DNA of 55,731 nucleotides, from assembly GCA_937988735.1 (NCBI GenBank), contig CALKHQ010000280.1, forward strand, positions 1 to 55,731, written 5' to 3'. This DNA is from an uncultured Alphaproteobacteria bacterium (GTDB lineage: Bacteria; Pseudomonadota; Alphaproteobacteria; CALKHQ01). Below are positions 9,830 through 19,319 of this stretch, piece by piece (within the stretch, counting starts at the first letter, position 1; the number at the start of each line of letters is the position of its first letter). The notes under the pieces are model-generated. The model did not search any database and was not told the origin of the DNA. It worked only from the letters and a program-made list of their open reading frames with translations. Position numbers and translations under genes: made by a program.

Positions 9830-11218
9830 ATGGCCGATGACCGACCGCGCGAGCGCCCGATCCGGCGCCGCGGCAGCGAGGATGCAACCCTGGCCGGCCG
9901 CGTCCGACGCTATGCCCGCGTCGGCACCGCCATGGGCGGGCTCGCGGCGCGGATGGCCGGCGACCGCTACCTCGGCATCAAGCTCGACCGGGAGAAGCAT
10001 GCGGCTGACCTGAGAGCTGCGCTCGGCGGCGTGAAGGGCCCGCTGATGAAGGCGGCCCAGCTCCTGTCCACCATCCCCGACGCGCTGCCGCCGGAATATG
10101 CGCGGGAGCTTGCGCACCTGCAGGCCGACGCACCGCCGATGGGCTGGCCGTTCGTGCGGCGGCGGATGGCGAGCGAGCTCGGTCCCGACTGGCAGCAGCG
10201 GTTCGCCAGCTTCGGCCACACGGCCGCGCATGCCGCTTCCCTCGGCCAGGTGCACCGGGCGACGCTGCCCGACGGCCGCGTCGTTGCCTGCAAGCTGCAG
10301 TACCCGGACATGGCGTCGGCGGTGGAGGCCGACCTGCGCCAGCTCAGGCTCATCTTCTCGCTCTACGAACGCTACGATCGGGCGATCTCGACCGAGCGCA
10401 TCCACGCCGAGATCGCCGCCCGCCTGCGCGAGGAGCTCGACTACGACCGCGAGCGCCGGCACATGGAGATGTATCGCGCCATGCTGGCGGGAGAGCCGAC
10501 GGTCCATGTGCCCAAGCCGGTGCCCGCGCTCTCGACCCGCCGGCTGCTGACGATGACCTGGCTGGAGGGCGAGCCGATCGCGCGGTTCATCGACGGCGAT
10601 CCGCCGGCCGAGGCGCGCAACCGCGCCGCGATGGCCCTGTTCCGCGCCTGGTACGTGCCGTTCTACGACTACGGCGTCATCCACGGCGACCCGCACCTCG
10701 GCAACTACACGGTGCGGTCCGACCAGTCGCTGAACCTGCTCGACTTCGGCTGCATCCGCATCTTCCAGCCGCCCTTCGTCGGCGGCGTCATCGACCTCTA
10801 CTTCGGGGTCCGCGACGGTGACCGCGGCCGCGCCGCCCATGCGTACGAGGTGTGGGGCTTCCGCAACCTGAACGCGGAGATGATCGACACGCTCAACATC
10901 TGGGCGCGCTTCGTCTTTGCCCCGATCCTCGAGGACAAGACGCGCCGGATCGAGGAGACCAACGCCACCTCCTACGGCGCCGACGTTGCCGCGAAGGTGC
11001 ATTCGGAGCTCAGGCGCATCGGCGGCGTCACACCGCCGCGCGAGTTCGTGTTCATGGACCGGGCGGCGATCGGGCTCGGCGCGGTGTTCCTGCGCCTCAA
11101 CGCCGAGATCAACTGGTACCGGCTGTTCCACGACCTGATCGGCAACTTCGACGAGGCGGCGCTGGCGAGGCGCCAGGCGGAGGCGATGGCAGCCGTCGGG
11201 CTGGAAATGCCGGAGTAG
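9830..11218 (+). CDS. ABC1/AarF/UbiB-family atypical kinase
   Basis: 462 aa. KAAQLLSTIPDALPPEY, AAHAASLGQVHRATLPDGRVVACKLQYP, IHGDPHLGNY, LNLLDFGC are typical ABC1 kinase-like motifs. Confidence 0.85.
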   Translation: MADDRPRERPIRRRGSEDATLAGRVRRYARVGTAMGGLAARMAGDRYLGIKLDREKHAADLRAALGGVKGPLMKAAQLLSTIPDALPPEYARELAHLQADAPPMGWPFVRRRMASELGPDWQQRFASFGHTAAHAASLGQVHRATLPDGRVVACKLQYPDMASAVEADLRQLRLIFSLYERYDRAISTERIHAEIAARLREELDYDRERRHMEMYRAMLAGEPTVHVPKPVPALSTRRLLTMTWLEGEPIARFIDGDPPAEARNRAAMALFRAWYVPFYDYGVIHGDPHLGNYTVRSDQSLNLLDFGCIRIFQPPFVGGVIDLYFGVRDGDRGRAAHAYEVWGFRNLNAEMIDTLNIWARFVFAPILEDKTRRIEETNATSYGADVAAKVHSELRRIGGVTPPREFVFMDRAAIGLGAVFLRLNAEINWYRLFHDLIGNFDEAALARRQAEAMAAVGLEMPE

Positions 11219-11286
11219 CGGCGCGGGCGGCTGCGTCAGGGTAAAGAATGTGCTAACGTCACCCTTCGGCCAGTTAACGGAGGGCG

Positions 11287-11514
11287 GTGATGGCCAGGAC
11301 GGCTGTTGCGCTCGTGGCCGCGGCCCTTGCCGGGGGCTGCGGCTACAGCGAGGACGTGGTGCCGGCGACGGTGCTGCTTCCCGGCGAGGAGGTGGCCGAG
11401 CTGTGGTGCTACCGCACGCTTGGCCCGCCCGAATGCTTCATGGAGCCCCAGCCGGGCGAGGAAGGACGGCTGGTGGTGATCTCCTTTGCCGACAGGGGCA
11501 GCGTTGCCTTCTGA
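11287..11514 (+). CDS. Small lipoprotein, function unknown
   Basis: 75 aa. Signal peptide with lipobox ALAGGC, high GC3, GGAGGG Shine-Dalgarno. No recognisable family. Confidence 0.55.
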   Translation: MMARTAVALVAAALAGGCGYSEDVVPATVLLPGEEVAELWCYRTLGPPECFMEPQPGEEGRLVVISFADRGSVAF

Positions 11515-11579
11515 ATCGGCGGCAAATGCCCGCAACTTGCGCTTGCCAGCCGGCGTGATCGGTCGGTAACGTCCGCGCC

Positions 11580-12236
11580 GTGACCCACCCGCTTCGCCTG
11601 TTGCCAGCCGCCCTCCTGGTCGCGCTGGCCCTGCCGCAGATCGCTGAAGCCGCCGCGCCGCAAGGCTATGGCGCGGTGCTCCGCTGGTATCGCCAGCAGG
11701 CCGAGGCCGGCGACGCCGAAGCCCAGTTCATGCTGGCGCTGCAGTACGAAGAGGGCGTGCGTGGCGGCGAGCCCGATATCGGAGAGGCGCTGCGCTGGTA
11801 CCGGGCCGCGGCCGAGAACGGCCATGCGCTCGCCCAGTTCCGGCTGGCGCTGCTGCTGCAGGCGCAGAGCCATGCCGGCGCGCGGGCGGAGGCGGTGCGC
11901 TGGCTGACCGCCGCGGCGGAGCAGGGGCTCGCCGATGCGCAGTACAACCTCGCCATCGCGCTGGAAATGGGCATCGGCACTGACCGGGACGAGGCCGGCG
12001 CCATCCGCTGGTACCGCGCCGCAGCGGAACAGGGGATGCCGGCCGCGATGTACAACCTGGGCGGCCTGCTCGCCACCGGCAGCAACGCGCCGCGCGACGA
12101 TGTCGAGGCCTGGGCGTGGCTGGAGCGCGCGGCCCGCGCCGGGGTGGCCGGGGCCGCCGACCTGCGCGACCGGCTGGCCGCCCGCATGACGCCGGCCATG
12201 ATTGCCGAGGCCCGCGCGCAGGCGGACGGGCAGTAA
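11580..12236 (+). CDS. Secreted Sel1-repeat (TPR-like) protein
   Basis: GTG start, signal peptide LLPAALLVALALPQIAEA. Then four or five repeats of the Sel1 pattern (A..WYR.AAE.G.A.AQ..LA). Confidence 0.8.
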   Translation: MTHPLRLLPAALLVALALPQIAEAAAPQGYGAVLRWYRQQAEAGDAEAQFMLALQYEEGVRGGEPDIGEALRWYRAAAENGHALAQFRLALLLQAQSHAGARAEAVRWLTAAAEQGLADAQYNLAIALEMGIGTDRDEAGAIRWYRAAAEQGMPAAMYNLGGLLATGSNAPRDDVEAWAWLERAARAGVAGAADLRDRLAARMTPAMIAEARAQADGQ

Positions 12237-12241
12237 GGGAA

Positions 12242-12272
12242 AACCTCCCTCCCCTGCGCGGGGAGGGAGGTT
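12242..12272 (+). terminator. Perfect 13-bp-stem hairpin between convergent genes
   Basis: aacctccctcccc-tgcgc-ggggagggaggtt, 5 nt after the Sel1 gene stop, followed by gtt. A second GC hairpin (gcggcgc...gcgccgc) follows, towards the permease gene end. Confidence 0.7.
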
Positions 12273-12307
12273 GTTCAGGCGGCGCTCCGGGCGCGCCGCG
12301 TTCAGGG

Positions 12308-13267
12308 TCAGGCCCGGATTTCCTGCCGCTGGAAGGTCACGTAGGCGATGGTGAACAGCACCACCAGCGCCGCCACCATGCCGGCAAGCTGCGGCCAGAT
12401 CAGGCTCAGGCTCTCCGACACCGGCAGCGGAGCCCCCAGCAGCGCCTGGTGGAGCTGGCTGGCGAATACCAGCCCCAGGGTCCGCGTCTCGGGGCTCAGC
12501 AGCGCCAGCGTCATCTCGCCGTAGAGCATGTTCGGCGAGATGCGCGAGATCGCCGTCTGCCATTCGGCATGCGCCACCGCCGTCGTCGGGTTCAGCGGAT
12601 CGACGGTGACGATCGCGCCGGCGATCAGCGGTGCCAGCATCGACCAGAAGATGGCAAACAGCAGCCACACCGTCAGCGCCGCCAGCGCCGCCGTCGCCGG
12701 CGCGCGGAACACGATGGAGAACAGCAGCGCCACCGCCAGCCAGACGCCGGCATAGACGAAGGAGGCGAGCAGGAAGGCGAGCCCCCGCACGATCTCCTCC
12801 GCGCTCGGCGGCAGCCCGAGCAGCAGGATGCCCAGCCCGGTCACCAGCAGCCACAGGGTGACGAGGCAGATCGCGATGACGATCAGCCCGCCCAGGTACT
12901 TCCCCGTCAGCAGGGCGTCCCGGTAGATCGGCTGCGACAGCACCCGGCTCAGGGTGCGCCGGTTGTATTCGCCGTTGATAGCGTCGAAGCCGAGCGCGAT
13001 CGCCACCAGCGGCAGCAGGAAGCCGAGGAAGCCGACGAAGGAGGGCAGCGGATCCTGCGCCATGGTGAACACGCGCAGGAACAGGAACTGGTCCTCGCTG
13101 AACGTCTGCTTGATCTCGCCGATGGTGGCATAGACCGCGCCCAGGGCGGTGAGCAGCACCAGCAGCATCACCAGGTGGATGCGGGCGCTTGTCATGTGGT
13201 CGGCCGCCTCCTTGAGGGCGACCGCGGCAAGCCCGGTGAAGGGCGATCCCTCACGCCGCCTTCGCAT
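12308..13267 (-). CDS. ABC-2-type transporter permease
   Basis: 319 aa, six or more hydrophobic helices with a long first extracytoplasmic loop. Overlaps the upstream ATPase gene by 17 nt. Confidence 0.75.
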   Translation of the reverse strand: MRRRREGSPFTGLAAVALKEAADHMTSARIHLVMLLVLLTALGAVYATIGEIKQTFSEDQFLFLRVFTMAQDPLPSFVGFLGFLLPLVAIALGFDAINGEYNRRTLSRVLSQPIYRDALLTGKYLGGLIVIAICLVTLWLLVTGLGILLLGLPPSAEEIVRGLAFLLASFVYAGVWLAVALLFSIVFRAPATAALAALTVWLLFAIFWSMLAPLIAGAIVTVDPLNPTTAVAHAEWQTAISRISPNMLYGEMTLALLSPETRTLGLVFASQLHQALLGAPLPVSESLSLIWPQLAGMVAALVVLFTIAYVTFQRQEIRA

Positions 13268-14192
13268 GACCCGCCTCCGTCTCGAAGTACCGTGCGTAGA
13301 CCTCGTCGAGGCTGGCCTGGCGCAGGCCGATCGACTGCAGCGTTCCGCCGGCGCCGATCACGCGCCGTGCGATCTCGGGCCTGAGGTCCCCCTTCGCCTC
13401 CACCCGCCAGCGGCCCGGCCGCTCGAGCACGGTGGCGGCGTCGGGCAGGTCGCCCAGCAGCGACGCCAGGTCGGCGCCCTCGGCTTCCGCCTCGATCACG
13501 TAGCGGCCGCCGAGCACGTCGGCGGTGAGCTGGTCCACCCGGCCGCAGAGCCCGATGCGGCCGCGGCTGAACAGCGCGACACGGCTGCAGATGGTCTGCA
13601 CCATGCCCAGCAGGTGCGACGACAGCACGATGGTGATGCCGTCGCGGGCCAGCGCCTGGATCAGCTCCAGCAGCTCCTGCGTGGACTGCGGGTCGAGGCC
13701 TGCCGTCGGCTCGTCGAGGATCGCGAGCTCCGCCCGCTTGAGCAGGAGATCGGCGATGCCCAGCCGCTGGCGCATGCCATGGGAGAAGGTTGAGACCCGC
13801 CGGTCCGCCACCTCCGTCAGCCGGACGCGCGCCAGCACCTCGTCGATGCGCCTGCGCGCGTCGCTCGAGGCGAGGCCCGCCAGACGCGCGGAGTAGGACA
13901 GGTTCTCCCGCGCCGTCAGCCGTTCGTAGAAGCCCACCTCGTCCGGCAGGTAGCCCACCCGGCGCTTGACGGCGAGCGGCTGGCGCAGCGGATCCAGCCC
14001 CAGCACGCGCACCGTGCCGGCCGTCGGCTCGGTCAGGCCGAGGAGCAGCAGGATGGTTGTGGTCTTGCCCGAACCGTTCGGGCCGAGCAGTCCGAACACC
14101 TCACCCCGTTCGACCACGAGGTCGATGCCATCGACCGCGGTCGTGCGGCCGTAACGTTTTACCAGTCCGGCCGTCTCGATGACCGCGCTCAT
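13251..14192 (-). CDS. ABC transporter ATP-binding protein (ABC-2/DrrA-like)
   Basis: Walker [10 protein letters not shown], signature FSHGMRQRL, Walker [14 protein letters not shown]-loop SSHLL. Confidence 0.9.
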   Translation of the reverse strand: MSAVIETAGLVKRYGRTTAVDGIDLVVERGEVFGLLGPNGSGKTTTILLLLGLTEPTAGTVRVLGLDPLRQPLAVKRRVGYLPDEVGFYERLTARENLSYSARLAGLASSDARRRIDEVLARVRLTEVADRRVSTFSHGMRQRLGIADLLLKRAELAILDEPTAGLDPQSTQELLELIQALARDGITIVLSSHLLGMVQTICSRVALFSRGRIGLCGRVDQLTADVLGGRYVIEAEAEGADLASLLGDLPDAATVLERPGRWRVEAKGDLRPEIARRVIGAGGTLQSIGLRQASLDEVYARYFETEAGHAKAA

Positions 14193-15403
14193 CGCCGGCC
14201 GTACCGCGTGACCGCGACCGCAAGCACGACGACCGCGGCGGCGATGACGCCGAGGCCGACGATGCCCCAGACGGTCGAGGTGGTGACGGTAACCCGGAAG
14301 CTGGCATTGTCGGAGACGCCGTCGCCGTTCGCCCGGACGGGCACGACATAGTCACCGGCGATCGCCTTGTCGGAGGGCGTGATGCCCACCGAGACCTCCA
14401 CCCGCTGTCCGGGCTGAAGCTCGTCGATCTCGTCCGGCTCGAAGGTCACCGTCCAGCCGCTGGGCGGGCTCGCGGACATCGAAACGCTGCGTGCGGCCGC
14501 GGTGCCGGTGTTGGCCAGCGTGAAGGTGAAGCTGCGCTGCTCGCCGGCGACCGCCTCGCCCGACAGCCGCCCTTCCGGGCCGGAGAGCGAGAGGGTCGGC
14601 CGCCCGGTCACGTCCATCAGCAGCTGCGCGTCGCCGGTTGCACTTTCCGAAGCGGCGCGGATCAGCACCGGATACTGCCCGGCCGGGGTGTTCTCCGCGG
14701 GGCTGACGCTGACGGTGATGTTCTCCGTCTTGCCCGCGGCGACCGGCAGGCTGGTCAGCTCCTGCGAGCCATAGCGCTGCTTGAAGGTGACCTCAAACCC
14801 GGCGGGCGCCTGCGCCAGCAGGTTGACGACCGTGTCGTCCCGCCCCTCGTTGGTGATCGCGACCTGGAAATCGAAGGTGGAACGCACCGAGCCGCGCAGC
14901 GCCGGCAGCGTCGGCTCCAGCGTCAGCCGCGCCGGCTCGGCCTCGGTGAGGCGCAGCGCGATCGGCAGCCGCAGCGACTGCCCGTCCGCCTCGCCGGTGA
15001 CGGTGAAGTCGTACTGGCCGACGTCGGCATCGGCCGGGGGCGTCACCTCCAGCGTCAGCTCGACCGTCTCGTCGGGCCCGGCGATCGCGGCGCCCACGGC
15101 CTGCCCGCCGCCGTCGATTTCCCAGCTCCACCCCTGCGGCAGCCCGCTCACGTCGAAGGAGACCCGCTGCGGCGGAAGCCCCACGTTCGCGAGCCGAAGC
15201 GTCATCGTGATCTCGGATCCGGCCTCGGCGGTGAGTTCGGGAAACGGCGTGGTGAGCCACAGTCCCTGCCGGTCCTCGCCGGCCTGGGTGGCCGTCGCAG
15301 CAACCGGCGTCTGCGCGACCGCGATCCCCGACGTCAGCGCCGCGCCGGCGGCGGCCAGGGCTGCGGCTGCGAACGCTGAGGCGAATCTCCCGTGCGGGAA
15401 CAT
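14189..15403 (-). CDS. NEW3-domain (COG1470-like) cell-surface protein with signal peptide and C-terminal membrane anchor
   Basis: ATG 15403 ([23 protein letters not shown]...AVAQ). Repeated beta-sandwich modules ([79 protein letters not shown]). C-terminal helix [21 protein letters not shown] then RYGRR. 4-nt overlap with the ATPase gene. Confidence 0.65.
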   Translation of the reverse strand: MFPHGRFASAFAAAALAAAGAALTSGIAVAQTPVAATATQAGEDRQGLWLTTPFPELTAEAGSEITMTLRLANVGLPPQRVSFDVSGLPQGWSWEIDGGGQAVGAAIAGPDETVELTLEVTPPADADVGQYDFTVTGEADGQSLRLPIALRLTEAEPARLTLEPTLPALRGSVRSTFDFQVAITNEGRDDTVVNLLAQAPAGFEVTFKQRYGSQELTSLPVAAGKTENITVSVSPAENTPAGQYPVLIRAASESATGDAQLLMDVTGRPTLSLSGPEGRLSGEAVAGEQRSFTFTLANTGTAAARSVSMSASPPSGWTVTFEPDEIDELQPGQRVEVSVGITPSDKAIAGDYVVPVRANGDGVSDNASFRVTVTTSTVWGIVGLGVIAAAVVVLAVAVTRYGRR

Positions 15404-15526
15404 CGTCGAAACCCCCTGCCCAGAACATCGATGAATGAAGCTCGACCGGGCCGGCGGCAGGCCGCGCAACCCGACCTGGCCGGCTACGTTGGCATCGATT
15501 GTGGCAGGAATCTGGCATCAAGATGA

Positions 15527-15550
15527 AATGCCGTTAATGATTCAGGCATT
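15527..15550 (-). promoter_or_regulatory. Inverted repeat AATGCC-N12-GGCATT in the AT-richer leader of the NEW3/ABC operon (candidate operator)
   Basis: Read directly: aatgcc gttaatgattca ggcatt, 124-147 nt upstream of the NEW3 start. It lies in the least GC-rich stretch of this spacer. Confidence 0.3.
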
Positions 15551-15603
15551 GAATCGAAAGGGAGAATCCGTACCGGGGCCGCAATTCGCCCCGGATTCGC
15601 CGC

Positions 15604-16983
15604 CTAGAGCGGCAGGCGGAGGATGGCGCGCAGACCGCCGCCGGGCGCGGTGGCGAGGATGAGGTCGCCGCCGTGGCTGCGGGCGATGTCGCGGGCGATG
15701 GTCAGCCCGAGCCCGACGCCGCCGGTGCGCGGGTTGCGTGACGGGTCGAGGCGGAAGAACGGGCGAAACACGTCCTCGCGCCGGTCCTCCGGAATGCCGG
15801 GGCCGTCGTCGTCCACCCAGATCTCCACCTGGGCGGGACTCGCCCGCGCCACCACCCGGACGTGGTGCGCGTAGCGGACGGCGTTGGAGACGAGATTGCC
15901 GACGCAGCGCCGGATTGCGTTCGGCCGCACCACCAGCGACAGCCCGGTCCGTCCCTCCAGCCGCACGTCGCCGCCCTGGCGGCGGGCGCTCACCACCACC
16001 TCGTCGAGCAGCGCGTCGAGGTCGGTCGGGACCGCGCTCTCCTCGCCCTCGCCGCGGGCGAAGGCGAGATAGCCCTCGATCATGTGCTCCATTTCCTCGA
16101 TGTCGCTCTTCAGGTCGGCGACATCGGGGCCGTCGCCCAGCATGGCGATCTGCAGCTTCATCCGGGTCAGCGGCGTCTTCAGGTCGTGGCTGACCCCGGC
16201 CAGCATCTCCGTGCGCTGCGCGATCTGCCGCTTGATTCGGGCGCGCATCAGGCTGAAGGCGCGGGCCGCCTGGCGCACCTCGGCGGCGCCCTGGGCGCGG
16301 AACTCGCCAACCTCCTGGCCCTTGCCGAAGCGGTCCACCGCCTTCGCCAGCCGCCGGATCGGCCGGATCTGGTTGCGCATGAAGATGATGGCGATGGTGA
16401 ACAGGGTGGCGGAGGCCCCGACCATCCACAGCACGAAGGTGTAGCTGGTGGCGGTGAACAGCCGCTCCCGCGGCGCGATCACGTGCAGCAGCCCGTCCTC
16501 CAGCTCGATGGTGATCCGGACCTGGCGGTCGGAGTGATCGACGTCGATGACGAACGGCCGGTCGATGCGGTCGCGGATCTCGTTCGCCAGCTTCTCCGAC
16601 AGCAGGTCGTCCCCCGGCTCGGGCAGCGGGCGAGACAGCCGCGCGTCCGGCTGGTAGCGCATCCTCAGTTCCAGCCGCTGAAAGGCGATCAGCTCCGCCT
16701 GGCCGGGCAGCTCGTCGTCGATCAGGTCATGGACCACGTTCATCGCCGCCACTTCCGACACCACCGCCGCCGCGAGCCGCCGCGTGATCAGGTCGTAGTG
16801 GTAGTCGTAGAACACCACCAGCAGCAGCAGCTGGAGCATGATCGCGGGCGTCACGATGATCATCAGCGCCCGCCCCAGCAGCGTCTGCGGCAGGACGGCC
16901 TTGATCGCGTTCCGCACCGCCGCCAGCGCCCGGCCGACGCGCGTCAGCACCGTCGCCGGTCCGGTGCGGACGACCAGCGTCAT
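15604..16983 (-). CDS. EnvZ-type sensor histidine kinase (two TM helices, HAMP, HisKA, HATPase_c)
   Basis: H-box LAGVSHDLKTPLTRM, N-box NLVSNAVRYA, G1 DDDGPGIP, G2 GGVGLGLTIARDIA. 4-nt overlap with the response regulator gene. Confidence 0.9.
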   Translation of the reverse strand: MTLVVRTGPATVLTRVGRALAAVRNAIKAVLPQTLLGRALMIIVTPAIMLQLLLLVVFYDYHYDLITRRLAAAVVSEVAAMNVVHDLIDDELPGQAELIAFQRLELRMRYQPDARLSRPLPEPGDDLLSEKLANEIRDRIDRPFVIDVDHSDRQVRITIELEDGLLHVIAPRERLFTATSYTFVLWMVGASATLFTIAIIFMRNQIRPIRRLAKAVDRFGKGQEVGEFRAQGAAEVRQAARAFSLMRARIKRQIAQRTEMLAGVSHDLKTPLTRMKLQIAMLGDGPDVADLKSDIEEMEHMIEGYLAFARGEGEESAVPTDLDALLDEVVVSARRQGGDVRLEGRTGLSLVVRPNAIRRCVGNLVSNAVRYAHHVRVVARASPAQVEIWVDDDGPGIPEDRREDVFRPFFRLDPSRNPRTGGVGLGLTIARDIARSHGGDLILATAPGGGLRAILRLPL

Positions 16984-17702
16984 TCCGGCACCAGCATGTA
17001 GCCGGTGCCGCGCACGGTCTGGATGTAGCGCGGCTCCCGCGGCTCGCGTTCGATCTTGCGCCGCAGACGGGTGATCTGCACGTCCACCGCGCGGGCGCTG
17101 TTGATCTCGCAGCGCTCGGCCAGCTCCTCGCGCGACAGCGGCTGCAGCGGTGCCGCGGCAAGCTCGCGCAGCAGCGCATGCTCGCCGCTGGTCAGCCGGA
17201 TCAGCGTGTCGCCCTGGTGCAGCAGCCCGCGGCTGGTGTCATAGACGAAGTCGCCGAGGCGGATGATGGCGGGCGCGGCCGGGGCGGCCTGCGCCGGCGC
17301 CGCCCGGCGCAGGATCGAATGCATCCGCAGCACCAGCTCGCGCGGCTCGAACGGCTTGGGCATGTAGTCGTCAGCGCCGTACTCGAAGCCGAGGATGCGG
17401 TCCTCCGGCTCGCCGCGGGCAGTCAGCAGCAGGATGGGCACGTTGTTGCCCTGCTCCCGCAGCTCGGCAGTGAGCGCGAGCCCGTTCTGGCCGGGCATCA
17501 TCACGTCCATCACGATCAGGTCGAAGCTGAACCGCGACATCTGGTCCTTCGCCACCGCCGCGTCGGCCGCGGTGCTGACGAAGAAACCCGCTTCGGTCAG
17601 GTAGCGCTGGAGCAGGCCGAGCAGGCGCTGGTCGTCGTCGACCACCAGCACATGGGCCGGCTCCTGCGGCGCCGCCGTCCGCTCTAGGTCTCGCGCCGCC
17701 AC
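16980..17702 (-). CDS. OmpR-family response regulator (PetR/CenR-like arrangement with an upstream MarR gene)
   Basis: Receiver VLVVDDD...DLIVMDVMMPG...LLLTARG...KPF and winged helix ...YIQTVRGTGYMLV. The PetR/CenR orthology is inferred from the N-terminal pattern and MarR linkage, and is not verified. Confidence 0.85.
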   Translation of the reverse strand: MAARDLERTAAPQEPAHVLVVDDDQRLLGLLQRYLTEAGFFVSTAADAAVAKDQMSRFSFDLIVMDVMMPGQNGLALTAELREQGNNVPILLLTARGEPEDRILGFEYGADDYMPKPFEPRELVLRMHSILRRAAPAQAAPAAPAIIRLGDFVYDTSRGLLHQGDTLIRLTSGEHALLRELAAAPLQPLSREELAERCEINSARAVDVQITRLRRKIEREPREPRYIQTVRGTGYMLVPE

Positions 17703-18205
17703 GCCTTGGGCTCCGCCGGCCGCGGGCCGCTCTGGCTGAGCTCGCGGGTCGCCGCGTCCATGATGCCGAGCATCACCTTCTTGAACCCTTCCACCGCATC
17801 GGCGCCTGCCTCGCGATAGGCCCGGGCAATCCGCGCCCGCTGGTTCGCGGTCAGCCGCTGCTCCAGGTCGGCGCCCTTCTCGGTAAGGTAGAGCAGCCGC
17901 TTGCGGCGGTCGTCGCTGCCGGTGCGCTGCTCGACATAGCCGTCGCGCAGCAGCCGGCTCAGCACCCGCGACAGGCTCTGCTTGGTGATGTTGAGCACGG
18001 TCAGCAGCTCGCTGACCGTGATGCCGGGGTAGCGGCCGACGAAGTAGATCACCCGGTGGTGAGCCCTGCCCAGATCCTGCTGGGCGAGCATCGAGTCCGG
18101 CTCGCCGGTGAAATCCCGATAGGCATAGAACAGGAGCTCCACCCCCGTCCGCAGCTCCTCGTCGCGAAGGAACAGCGGGTTCGAGGGAATCTTTACGTCA
18201 GCCAT
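17684..18205 (-). CDS. MarR-family transcriptional regulator (PetP-like position)
   Basis: 173 aa. wHTH core ITVSELLTVLNITKQSLSRVLSRLLRDGYVEQRTGSDDRRKRLLYLTEKG. Overlaps the response regulator gene by 19 nt. Confidence 0.85.
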   Translation of the reverse strand: MADVKIPSNPLFLRDEELRTGVELLFYAYRDFTGEPDSMLAQQDLGRAHHRVIYFVGRYPGITVSELLTVLNITKQSLSRVLSRLLRDGYVEQRTGSDDRRKRLLYLTEKGADLEQRLTANQRARIARAYREAGADAVEGFKKVMLGIMDAATRELSQSGPRPAEPKAWRRET

Positions 18206-18280
18206 GTTGACATATTTGCCATCAGGATGTTACACCCTCTGATCCGAGGCAGACATTTTCGGTCGCGGCTCCGAAGGCTT

Positions 18281-18297
18281 CCGACATAGGATGTCGG
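18281..18297. promoter_or_regulatory. Perfect palindrome CCGACAT-AGG-ATGTCGG in the marR/ilvE divergent spacer
   Basis: Read directly. Arms extend to 11 bp with one mismatch (gcttccgacat / atgtcggcagc). The heptamer AGGATGT also occurs at about 18222. Candidate MarR operator or ilvE leader hairpin. Confidence 0.3.
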
Positions 18298-18367
18298 CAG
18301 CAGCCGCGGGGAGCGGACGGACAGTCTCCGTCTCCCGACCCATAAACAACTAGCGGACGAGACGCAA

Positions 18368-19279
18368 ATGGCCCTTATCCCCTTCCATGACCGTGACGGC
18401 CAGATCTGGCAGGACGGCGCGCTGGTTCCGTGGCGCGAGGCGAAGATCCACGTGCTCACCCACGGCCTCCACTACGGAAGCTGCGTCTTCGAGGGCGAGC
18501 GCGTCTACGGCGGCGAGATCTTCAAGCTGCGCGAGCACACCGAGCGCCTGTTTGCCTCGGCCCGGATGATGGACTTCGAGATCCCCTTCAGCGTGGAGGA
18601 GATCGACGAGGCCTGCAACGCGGCTGTTCGCGCCAACAACATCGTCGACGGCTACGTCCGTCCGGTCGCCTGGCGCGGCAGCGAGATGATGGGGGTCTCC
18701 GCCCAGCAGAACCGGATCAACGTCGCCATCGCCACCTGGGAGTGGCCCGCCTACTTCACGCCGGAGGCCCGGCTGCAGGGCATCCGCATGCAGGTGGCCA
18801 GGTGGCGGCGGCCGGCGCCGGAGTGCGCGCCGGTGCACGCCAAGGCGGCCGGTCTCTACATGATCTGCACGCTGGCGAAGCACGCGGCGGAGCGGGCGGG
18901 CTACAACGACGCGCTCATGCTCGACTGGCGCGGCCAGGTGGCGGAGGCGACCGGCGCCAACATCTTCCTGATCCAGGACGGCGTCATCCACACGCCGAAG
19001 CCGGACTGCTTCCTCGACGGCATCACCCGCCGCACGGTCATCGACCTTGCCCGCGCCCGCGGCTACGAGGTCGTCGAGCGGGCGATCATGCCGGAGGAGT
19101 TCGCGCGGACGCAGGAGGTGTTCCTGACCGGCACTGCCGTCGAGGTGACCCCGGTGCGCGAGATCGGCGAGTGGCGGTTCGAGGTCGGCGAGATCACCCG
19201 CAACCTGGTCCACGACTTCGACGCGCTGGTCCAGCGCAAGAACGACAAGGCCGCGTCCGTCCGCGCCAGCGCCGCCTGA
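18368..19279 (+). CDS. ilvE: Branched-chain amino acid aminotransferase
   Basis: 303 aa. MALIPFHDRDGQIWQDGALVPWREAKIHVLTHGLHYGSCVFEGERVY..., AKAAGLYM, EATGANIF, LTGTAVEVTPVREI are typical fold-type IV IlvE motifs. Confidence 0.9.
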   Translation: MALIPFHDRDGQIWQDGALVPWREAKIHVLTHGLHYGSCVFEGERVYGGEIFKLREHTERLFASARMMDFEIPFSVEEIDEACNAAVRANNIVDGYVRPVAWRGSEMMGVSAQQNRINVAIATWEWPAYFTPEARLQGIRMQVARWRRPAPECAPVHAKAAGLYMICTLAKHAAERAGYNDALMLDWRGQVAEATGANIFLIQDGVIHTPKPDCFLDGITRRTVIDLARARGYEVVERAIMPEEFARTQEVFLTGTAVEVTPVREIGEWRFEVGEITRNLVHDFDALVQRKNDKAASVRASAA

Positions 19280-19294
19280 GCGGCGACAGAGAAA

Positions 19295-19319
19295 GGGCCC
19301 GGGCGATCGGTCCGGGCCC
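19295..19319 (+). terminator. GC hairpin downstream of ilvE
   Basis: gggcccgg-gcgatcggt-ccgggccc, 16 nt after the ilvE stop. No clear U-tract. Confidence 0.45.
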
